Positions 22,581 through 29,930 of a DNA stretch of 43,396 nt are shown piece by piece. Location of the stretch: the NCBI GenBank assembly GCA_019237325.1, contig JAFAHI010000679.1, positions 1 to 43,396 of the forward strand. Reading direction: 5' to 3'. Below the pieces are notes generated by a model that saw only the letters and a program-made list of their open reading frames with translations, ran no database searches and was not told where the DNA came from. Every line of letters starts with the position of its first letter. The stretch's first letter is position 1. A program made the position numbers and the translations under genes. Source of the stretch: Verrucomicrobiota bacterium. Lineage in GTDB: Bacteria > Verrucomicrobiota > Verrucomicrobiia > Chthoniobacterales > JAFAMB01.

Positions 22581-22691
22581 ACTGAGTAGATTCAGTAGAC
22601 GAAGTGGACCTGGACCGCTGGCGATCGTAGGGTATGGGCGTCTGCTACATCTCACATCTCACTTTCTCACTACTCACCTCTCACTTCTTAC
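22581..22691. repeat. AGTAGAC/AGTGGAC array and (TCTCACN)n array directly upstream of the GAF gene
   Basis: 'actgagtagattcagtagacgaagtggacc' at 22581-22610 and 'acatctcacatctcactttctcactactcacctctcacttcttac' at 22647-22691. Confidence 0.7.
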
Positions 22692-22697
22692 AGCTCG

Positions 22698-23318
22698 ATG
22701 TCTACCCGCCTCAATTTCCTGCCGGACGAACGCTTTGCTCCCCTCCGCACTTCACTAAAAGAGCGCCTCCAGAAAATGACGGACCTGATCACCCCGGAGA
22801 ATTTTCCTAGTTTGCTGGATTTCCGTTCCGGGAGCCTGCTCCATGACGTGTTCGCAGCGGTACGAGCGGATGAGGGCAGTGTCTGGATCCTGGACCAAGC
22901 AAAGGAACACTTGGTGGTCTCTTACGCCTCAGGTCCACACGCCGCCGACATAATGGGATTCAAGCAACCGCTTAGCGCAGGCATTGTGAGTACTTCGTTC
23001 ATCAGTGAACAGGGGTTTGCCGAGAACGACGTTTACCTGCATGAACTTCACAGCGGCCTGCTGGACGAGAAACTGCGCGTTACCACCTACGCCATGATTG
23101 TGGCGCCGTTTTATATTTTAGACGCCTGCCGAGGGGTTATCTCTTGCGTCCAATTGATCAATGTTCGGAATCAGGATGGGCGTTCGATACCGGCCGCGGA
23201 AACACCAGGCGGTTTCAGCATGGGTAACCTGGATGCAGTCAAACGAGCGGCATTAGTTCTCACCGACTTGCTCAATTACCGGCTCCTGCGGACCGCCATC
23301 GGTTGGGAAGCAAACTGA
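22698..23318 (+). CDS. Stand-alone GAF domain protein
   Basis: 206 aa. GAF-like pattern 'ADEGSVWILDQAKEHLVV...QPLSAGIVSTSFISEQGFAENDV...LRVTTYAMIVAPFYILDACRGVISCVQLIN'. The stop TGA shares one base with the ATG of the next gene. Confidence 0.7.
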   Translation: MSTRLNFLPDERFAPLRTSLKERLQKMTDLITPENFPSLLDFRSGSLLHDVFAAVRADEGSVWILDQAKEHLVVSYASGPHAADIMGFKQPLSAGIVSTSFISEQGFAENDVYLHELHSGLLDEKLRVTTYAMIVAPFYILDACRGVISCVQLINVRNQDGRSIPAAETPGGFSMGNLDAVKRAALVLTDLLNYRLLRTAIGWEAN

Positions 23319-24124
23319 TGAAAACCAGCTCTTGGATCACGGTCGAGCAAGCTCGTGAAGCGCTGAAGACTGGAACCGGCAAAAATATCAAGATTGCCGT
23401 GATCGACTCCGGCATCGAGGTTAGTCATCCAGACTTAAATGGGCTGCAACTAACCGACGATACTCATGTGATCGGCAGCGACCTACAACTGGTCGTTCGG
23501 CCTGGCGACGGCACCGATCTGTTCGGGCACGGAACAGCGGTGGCCGCGATTATCCGGTCATTGGCGCCCGAAGCGGAGATCGGTAGTTTCCGGGTCCTGA
23601 ATGAGAACAATGCTTCTCGCACCGAAGTAATCTGCGAAGGCGTCAATCTGGCACTGGATCGCGGCTATAATATTCTGAATTGCAGCTTCGGTTGTGGAGT
23701 AGCGGAACACATACATCGATACAAGGCCTGGATCGACCAAGCGTATCTAAAAGGTGTCCACGTGGTGGCGGCTTGTAACAATTACGATTACACCCGGCCA
23801 GAGTGGCCTGGTTATTTCCCCTCTGTAATCACCGTCAATTACGGTGAGCTAAAGGACAAAGAAGATTTCTACTATAAGCCGGGCAACCTGGTTGAGTTTG
23901 TCGCGCGCGGGACCGGCTTTGAGGCGGCCTGGAAAGGGGGCAAGCGACGCCGGATGCACGGTAGCAGTTTTGCCGCACCGCATGGAGCCGCTCTTCTTTC
24001 TCGGATTCTGTCGATCTATCCGGATCTGGCTCCACTCCAAGCAAAGTCTTTGCTGCACCAGCTCGCTAAGCCCTGGGACGAAAAAGCGTTCTCGACGCTT
24101 CTCGCTCCCAATGCGCCCCGATAG
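23318..24124 (+). CDS. S8 (subtilisin-like) serine peptidase, no signal peptide
   Basis: 268 aa from ATG 23318. Triad motifs 'IAVIDSGI' (Asp), 'HGTAVAAII' (His) and 'HGSSFAAPHGAA' (Ser). The N-terminus is hydrophilic. Confidence 0.9.
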   Translation: MKTSSWITVEQAREALKTGTGKNIKIAVIDSGIEVSHPDLNGLQLTDDTHVIGSDLQLVVRPGDGTDLFGHGTAVAAIIRSLAPEAEIGSFRVLNENNASRTEVICEGVNLALDRGYNILNCSFGCGVAEHIHRYKAWIDQAYLKGVHVVAACNNYDYTRPEWPGYFPSVITVNYGELKDKEDFYYKPGNLVEFVARGTGFEAAWKGGKRRRMHGSSFAAPHGAALLSRILSIYPDLAPLQAKSLLHQLAKPWDEKAFSTLLAPNAPR

Positions 24125-24142
24125 GAACGCTGGGACGTGGCG

Positions 24143-24225
24143 AGGCAGTGGACGTAGTGGACTGAGTAGACGGAGTAGATCCGAGCCGGGTTATTTCACC
24201 CCGTCCACTGATGTCCACTGCCTAC
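24143..24225. repeat. Hairpin element with AGTGGAC/AGTAGAC arms
   Basis: 'aggcagtggacgtagtggactgagtagacggagtagat' at 24143-24180 and the inverted 'cgtccactgatgtccactgcctac' at 24202-24225. Confidence 0.7.
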
Positions 24226-24309
24226 ACGCCCTCTGCTCCCTTCTGCAAGCGGCCGCTCCGGCCGCGTCTATCCGGTAAGTACTGAATCTTTTCTTTTACC
24301 ACTTTCCTT

Positions 24310-25485
24310 ATGCCAACCGATACTTTCATCTCCAGTCAGAAGGCACCGGAACGGCGACTTTTGTTCTGGTGGTATCTCGAGCCAACTACCTTCTTTGGCG
24401 CCATCCTTCTTTGTTTCTGGCTGTGTTCAACAACGGCTGCGTCGATGTGCGGCAGCGGCTTCGTGATTCAACAGAACGGTTATATCCTAACGAACTACCA
24501 CGTCATCGAGGACGCGACCCGAATTACGATCACAGTTCCGGGACGTCAGGCTGTTTCTGCTCGCTTAGTCACCACCGATCAGGAGAAAGATCTCGCGATC
24601 CTGCAGGTATCGCTCGGTAATTTGACGGCGCTGCCTATCACCTCTTCCGAAGCGGTCCAGGTCCTCGATTCGATCACGGTGCTAGGATACCCGTTACCAA
24701 ACGAGCTCGGAACGGCGCTTTCAGCGTCCGCCGGTAAGGTGAACGCCGTGAGAGACCGACGCAATGACAGCACACGCTTATTCCAGATCGACGCCAATGT
24801 TAATCCGGGCAATAGCGGGGGCCCGTTACTCAACAATCACGGAGAGGTGGTGGGAATCGTTGTCGCCAAAATCAACTCTCTGCAATATGCAAAAGAAAAT
24901 GGGGCGTTACCGGAGCGGATTAACTTCGCGATTCCGATCGATGAAGCTCAAGAGCTTCTTCGCAAAGTGATTCCCAATTTCAGGCTCTCCAACCGGCAAG
25001 AAGTGTTGACCGACCAGCAAGTGTTTCAGTCGGCCAAAGGCTCGACCGTACTGATTGTAGCAGACCAAGACGAAACCAGCCGCGCGACCTACGCAGAAAA
25101 TGAAGACAACGGATCCCTGGCGCGATTCATCGGCGAGTTTGTTCGAGCCGGTGAAATCGGCTCGGGCGAAGGTCAAACCGACTATTACGCCTCGCCCTGC
25201 GACTATTTCGAAAACGGGCAATGTACGCGCGAGTCTATTTTTCGGGAGTTGCTAGATTACAATCACAAATGGCCGTCTCGCCAATATCAATTGTTAGGTA
25301 CGCCGTTGGTCAATGTTACGAATCAGGGAGACCGCTACGACGTTAGTTTCAAAGTCTCTTTCACGCTGCGCAACCGGGCTAAGACCGTCAGTGGTGTCTG
25401 TTATTTTCGCGCACAACTGATTCGCAGCCAGGACAGCTTCTTGATTACGACGATCCGGGAGAAGTTCGCCGCAGACGGAAGCTAG
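24310..25485 (+). CDS. Trypsin-like (S1C/DegP-type) serine protease with N-terminal TM/signal anchor and a C-terminal domain of unknown function
   Basis: 391 aa. Hydrophobic 'TTFFGAILLCFWLCSTTAA'. Triad 'LTNYHVIED', 'KDLAILQV' and 'NPGNSGGPLL'. About 170 aa at the C-terminus have no recognisable motif. Confidence 0.85.
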   Translation: MPTDTFISSQKAPERRLLFWWYLEPTTFFGAILLCFWLCSTTAASMCGSGFVIQQNGYILTNYHVIEDATRITITVPGRQAVSARLVTTDQEKDLAILQVSLGNLTALPITSSEAVQVLDSITVLGYPLPNELGTALSASAGKVNAVRDRRNDSTRLFQIDANVNPGNSGGPLLNNHGEVVGIVVAKINSLQYAKENGALPERINFAIPIDEAQELLRKVIPNFRLSNRQEVLTDQQVFQSAKGSTVLIVADQDETSRATYAENEDNGSLARFIGEFVRAGEIGSGEGQTDYYASPCDYFENGQCTRESIFRELLDYNHKWPSRQYQLLGTPLVNVTNQGDRYDVSFKVSFTLRNRAKTVSGVCYFRAQLIRSQDSFLITTIREKFAADGS

Positions 25486-25486
25486 T

Positions 25487-25710
25487 GAAGGCGAAAGGGC
25501 GAATGGGCGAAACGGCGATGCGGCGAAGTGACGTATGGGCATGACGACGGGCTGTGCATGCGGGTAATTCCAGGACTCCGAAAACGGATGGGACCTATGG
25601 GACTAATAGGACTAATGGGTCCCGTCTCATTAGTCCCATGGGTCCCATAAGTCCCATCCGATCTCAGCACCCACGAACGCCCCTCCGCCCATTCGCCGTT
25701 TCGCTCTTCC
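25487..25710. repeat. Nested hairpin element: GGCGAAR outer arms, ATGGGACY inner arms
   Basis: Outer arms 25487-25527 / about 25678-25710. Inner arms 25585-25623 / 25627-25660 with a 3-nt loop. Confidence 0.75.
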
Positions 25711-25756
25711 CCCGCCCTTGCAACCGAGGCGCCTACACGCGATGGTTCGGCGCTAG

Positions 25757-27802
25757 ATGCCTATTCTGGACGAGCTCATGCCCGCGCTGAAGTCCGTTCG
25801 CGGAATTCGCAGATTTTGGCATCGGCGCTCTGAATGGTTTCCTCGCCTGGTTTCCAAATATCAGGAGGCCGATCAAACTGACACCGCGCTCCGATTCAGC
25901 AAGGACAGCTCGGTGTATACCCGCTTAGCCAAAGCGGCGACGCAGCTTGGCGAAAATCTGATCGCCCTGGAAATCGCGAGCGAGGGCAGCGACAGCCTGG
26001 AGACAGCTTTTCGGCAGAAATTCTCGGAAATAGTAACAGCTCAACAGATCGACCTGGCCCGCGAACGGGCGATCGCTTTGTCGAGGTTAGGCTCGATTCG
26101 AGAAGCGCAAAAGATCTTGCGAGACCTTTTAGCGATCCGAGCCGACGATGATAAATCGTTGAGTGCGCTGGGACGGACTTACAAAGACCTGGCTAAGTTT
26201 CCAGGCCCAGCCCAAAAAAAGTTCCTGGAACGATCGCGCGCCTACTATTTGAAGGCTTACGCGGTGAATGGTGAATACTATCCCGCGATTAACGCCTGCA
26301 CTTTATCGCTCTGGCTGAACGACCGGGAACCCGCCCGTCGATTAGCCGGAGAGGTGAAAAGGCTTTGCCTCAACTCCCTGACGTCTAATCCCGACGACTA
26401 CTGGGCTCTAGCGTCGATGGCCGAAGCCGAGTTAGTCTTAAGCGCCGATATGGGTGAGATTACTCAACCAACTTTTGAGTATTACCAACAGTACTCCCGG
26501 CTCATACACCAAAAGCGCGGCTGGGGCGATCTCAGCTCCACCAGCGAACAAGCAAAACGAATCTGTGAATCGCTGGATTGGCACTTCGGCGCCCTCAAAC
26601 GAATTTTCCGCGTGCCGGATGTCGTCATTTTCTCCGGCCATATGGTCGATGCACCAGGACGCCAGGTGCCACGTTTCCCAGGCAAATTCGCGGACGCCGT
26701 TGCAGAACAGATACGCCGAACCTTGGATTCCCTTGACGCCCGGATCGGGATCTCATCCGCAGCCTGCGGTTCGGACCTTCTCTTCATCGACGCTATGTTG
26801 GCGCGGGAAGCTGATATCCAGGTGGTTCTACCTTGGCGAAAGGAAGAGTTCAAACAGACCAGTGTGTTAGCTGGCGGCCAGGAGTGGGCACAGCGGTTCG
26901 ATCGAGCCATCGACGACGCCACTTCGCTCACCTACCTTTCGCAACAGGGCGCTCCCAGCGGCAACCTCGGTTACGTCTATTGCAACGACTGCATGAACGG
27001 TATGGCCTTGTTCCGGTCCGAAAAACTAGGCTCCGATGTGCGTCCCCTGGCAGTTTGGGACGGCCGGCGTGGAGACGGTCTAGGCGGTACTTCCAGCTTT
27101 GTAGATTTCTGGACATCGAAAGGTCACGCGGTCGAAGTGATTGACCTCGAAAAGATCACCGATGCGAAACCAAAGGATGAGAAGTTTGATCGGATCTCAT
27201 TCGGAGAAATCACTGTTAGTGAAGGTCAACAGACCATAAAAACACTTCTGTTTGCCGACGTAGTCGGTTACAGCAAGATCCCCGAAAACCAGATCAAATA
27301 CTTCGCTCCGGAATTCCTGGGAATGATTTCCTCGTTGATCTCCGAGACGCCGCGCCCGGTCCTAACCAATACTTGGGGTGACGCCATTTATTTCGTGTTC
27401 GATGAACCGGTATCGGCGGGCAATGTCGCGCTCCGCCTGCTAGAAACGCTGAAACAAGGAACCTGGCGACGAGAACTGACGGCGTCGCTCAACCTCCGGA
27501 TCAGTCTGCATACCGGGCCAGTCATCCTCTGCCTCGACCCCGTCATTCGCCAAATTTCTTTCACTGGATCACACGTGAGCCACACCGCACGCATCGAGCC
27601 GATTGTAAGAGAAGGCGAAGTTTGGGCCACGGAAGCCTTCGTCTCTTATGCGATGATTGACAGCCAAAAACGAGGCAACCCGTGCAGGTTCGGGTTTGAC
27701 TATCTTGGCCAAGTTGAGTTTGCCAAGAACTATGGCCGATATCCACTCTACCGATTGAGCTCACCGGTTACGGACGGCGCTGATACAGAAGGCACGGAAT
27801 AA
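25757..27802 (+). CDS. Multidomain protein: helical TPR-like (DUF4071/TRAF-binding-like) + SLOG/DprA-like Rossmann module + class III nucleotidyl cyclase domain
   Basis: 681 aa. It contains 'GEYYPAINACTLSLWL' and a Rossmann-like module ('VVIFSGH', 'GISSAACGSDLLFIDAMLAREADIQVVLP', 'LAVWDGRRGDGLGGTSSFVDFW'). Cyclase motifs are 'LLFADVVGYS', 'NTWGDAIYFVF', 'RISLHTGPV' and 'GSHVSHTARIEP'. Confidence 0.8.
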   Translation: MPILDELMPALKSVRGIRRFWHRRSEWFPRLVSKYQEADQTDTALRFSKDSSVYTRLAKAATQLGENLIALEIASEGSDSLETAFRQKFSEIVTAQQIDLARERAIALSRLGSIREAQKILRDLLAIRADDDKSLSALGRTYKDLAKFPGPAQKKFLERSRAYYLKAYAVNGEYYPAINACTLSLWLNDREPARRLAGEVKRLCLNSLTSNPDDYWALASMAEAELVLSADMGEITQPTFEYYQQYSRLIHQKRGWGDLSSTSEQAKRICESLDWHFGALKRIFRVPDVVIFSGHMVDAPGRQVPRFPGKFADAVAEQIRRTLDSLDARIGISSAACGSDLLFIDAMLAREADIQVVLPWRKEEFKQTSVLAGGQEWAQRFDRAIDDATSLTYLSQQGAPSGNLGYVYCNDCMNGMALFRSEKLGSDVRPLAVWDGRRGDGLGGTSSFVDFWTSKGHAVEVIDLEKITDAKPKDEKFDRISFGEITVSEGQQTIKTLLFADVVGYSKIPENQIKYFAPEFLGMISSLISETPRPVLTNTWGDAIYFVFDEPVSAGNVALRLLETLKQGTWRRELTASLNLRISLHTGPVILCLDPVIRQISFTGSHVSHTARIEPIVREGEVWATEAFVSYAMIDSQKRGNPCRFGFDYLGQVEFAKNYGRYPLYRLSSPVTDGADTEGTE

Positions 27803-27900
27803 TGCCTGGAATAAGTTTGCAAGTCTGGCCCGTTCTACCGTCTTATCGTCGATGACTGCCGGCATCGGCAGACAAACCAGATAAAACCAGGTACTCCAAA

Positions 27901-28137
27901 ATGGCTGAATCACTGAAACAACAGCGTCAAACAAAGAAGACTGAAGGTAGCCTCGACCCGGATAAACAAGGCAAGGAAAGCGCGGCATCGGATCAGAATG
28001 CAGAAGTTGGGGGCCGTGGGGTGCTTATTTTTGTGACCTGTCCGCACTGCGGCTCTAGCCGAATCATTTCGTTCGATTACGAGGGCGAATGGTTTACCTG
28101 CAGCCAGTGTCAGGGTACTTACCAAGTTGCTTCCTGA
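27901..28137 (+). CDS. Zinc-ribbon miniprotein 1
   Basis: 78 aa. Disordered basic N-terminal half, then 'CPHCGS...(17 aa)...CSQCQG'. Confidence 0.5.
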   Translation: MAESLKQQRQTKKTEGSLDPDKQGKESAASDQNAEVGGRGVLIFVTCPHCGSSRIISFDYEGEWFTCSQCQGTYQVAS

Positions 28138-28499
28138 CCCCTACTCCATCAGTTCCCCGCCACCTCGGGTCTGAAGCTGCAGATATTCGCTAGGATCGAA
28201 TTTCTCGTATTGGGGGACGAGCAATCGTCCCACGAGAATAGATACTCTATCAGCTCCACGTTTTTAACCGTGCTCGGTTGGGGCGGTTTGGATCCAGGCA
28301 TTAGTCGATGCCGGGTCGAGCAGTGATCGCCGCCCCGGAATCGACAGAAGAGCGAAAAGGAAATCGCAATTTAGGTAATCGTACGTATTTCTCGGTCAGA
28401 GTTTTGAGGTAGTCTGCTAGTAACCGCGGAGGCGCTAGTGGTTAACATTAACGCTAACATTAACCATCCGAACCGGCGGTTAGTTATCACCTCAATCCC

Positions 28500-28736
28500 A
28501 TGGCTGATCCTGAAGAGACCTACCTAGGTAGTACGGACCCATTTGGAAGGAGAATTCGGCCAACAAATGGGTTCGGTACATCCTCAGAAACAGAGGACTA
28601 TTACGACGCCGGCGACCGCAGTCATGGTTTCCTTTCCCATGTTTGTAAGCAGTGCGCCGCAGAAAATTGGATCGACCCTGGCTGGCTGGTTTTTCGGTGT
28701 TGGTCGTGTGGCAGCACAGAGCGGTCGTCGCTGTAG
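28500..28736 (+). CDS. Zinc-ribbon miniprotein 2
   Basis: 78 aa. Disordered acidic N-terminal half, then 'CKQCAA...(15 aa)...CWSCGS'. Confidence 0.5.
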   Translation: MADPEETYLGSTDPFGRRIRPTNGFGTSSETEDYYDAGDRSHGFLSHVCKQCAAENWIDPGWLVFRCWSCGSTERSSL

Positions 28737-28751
28737 CTCACAGGCTAACGA

Positions 28752-29558
28752 TCAACCTGCTAACAGACTATCGGCAGTTCGCGGAACTGTCTCTAGGTCT
28801 TTCAATTTGACCATTGCCTCGTAGCCGGCCGAGCCACGGGTCTCGGATTGCAGCTTTCGCAGAATGCGGGCGATGTGCTGATGAACGGTGCGAACACTGA
28901 TCTTAAGGATACTGGCGATTACACCGTCTTGTTTCCCTTTCATTACCCAGTGCAGCACTTCGGCCTCTCTTGGAGTTAGCCCGACCCGTTCGAGATCTTC
29001 CGGACCCGGAATGACCTGAGCCGCCGCGCACCGCAGGGCTTCTATGCGTTGCAAATTCCGGTGCGCTAGAGCCAAATGCGGCGCGAGCAGGCTGAGTAGG
29101 AGTGCTTCTTCGTCAGAAAAATCTCTGTCTCGATTTACGGTCACTCCTGCAATGTGTCCAGGGATGTCAAGAGTAGCCACCGTCTGATGACTTATGCCGA
29201 GCGGGAAAAAAACGTCTGCGTAAAGCGCGCTTTGTTCAAACTCTCGCTGAGCCACACAATCGGAGAGCTTAACCGCCCCCTTGGCGCCCGCCCGCGCAGC
29301 AGGAACGACCGGGTGGGTCGGGAGCAATTCCACAAGGCGCTGCTTTAATTCGGCCGAGACTCGATCATCATCACTTGTGGCGCTAATGACCTCCCCGGTC
29401 TTGGGATTGAACGTGTCCAACGAAAAGACACAGTCCTTAAACAATTCGCCGAGGGCGCTAAAGACGGCCGACGGAAATTCACGCAAACCTTCGGCGCCGT
29501 AGATGCGTTCCAGACTGCGCATTAACGCCTGCACGCTTCGGGTTGAGATTGTATCCAT
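28752..29558 (-). CDS. LuxR-family transcriptional regulator with N-terminal GAF-like sensor domain
   Basis: Trimmed to ATG 29558, 268 aa. C-terminal HTH 'LTPREAEVLHWVMKGKQDGVIASILKISVRTVHQHIARILRKL'. The N-terminal approximately 190 aa look like an alpha/beta sensor. Confidence 0.85.
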   Translation of the reverse strand: MDTISTRSVQALMRSLERIYGAEGLREFPSAVFSALGELFKDCVFSLDTFNPKTGEVISATSDDDRVSAELKQRLVELLPTHPVVPAARAGAKGAVKLSDCVAQREFEQSALYADVFFPLGISHQTVATLDIPGHIAGVTVNRDRDFSDEEALLLSLLAPHLALAHRNLQRIEALRCAAAQVIPGPEDLERVGLTPREAEVLHWVMKGKQDGVIASILKISVRTVHQHIARILRKLQSETRGSAGYEAMVKLKDLETVPRTADSLLAG

Positions 29559-29814
29559 GGTGGTAGTGCTTTGACGCTTACGTCCTGCCAGTGCCACCTC
29601 CCTGGACCCAATCCCTCTACGTAACAGGTTAACGTACGAAATGCACGCTAAAAGTGGCTCGGGGTTAAGTACTTTCGAATAAAGAGACGAGGAAAGACTG
29701 CTGATATTGCGGAAATTCTTCTGCGCCCTCGGGGCGACGGCTTCTTAGCCGTGGAGCGGCGATAGATTGTAGCCAAGGGGTTTAGCCTATAAGCTTAACT
29801 TAAGTGTTTGGTCG

Positions 29815-29840
29815 TAACCCAGGGCTAATGCCCTGGGTTA
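29815..29840. repeat. Hairpin taacccagggc-taat-gccctgggtta (11-bp stem)
   Basis: Read directly, between the LuxR start and the TIR gene stop. Confidence 0.7.
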
Positions 29841-29930
29841 TAGTGTTGCGCCGCTTCGCGCCAAGTCCGGGGCTAACAGAGTCCGCAGGAGGACCGAGGA
29901 GCCCGAGGACGAATTAATATTCGCGCTGGA

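Noticed and set aside
26438-27144. Several 60-150-aa ORFs on both strands inside the cyclase gene
   Set aside because: They are nested within a 681-aa ORF with strong domain motifs. They have no independent support and atypical composition.
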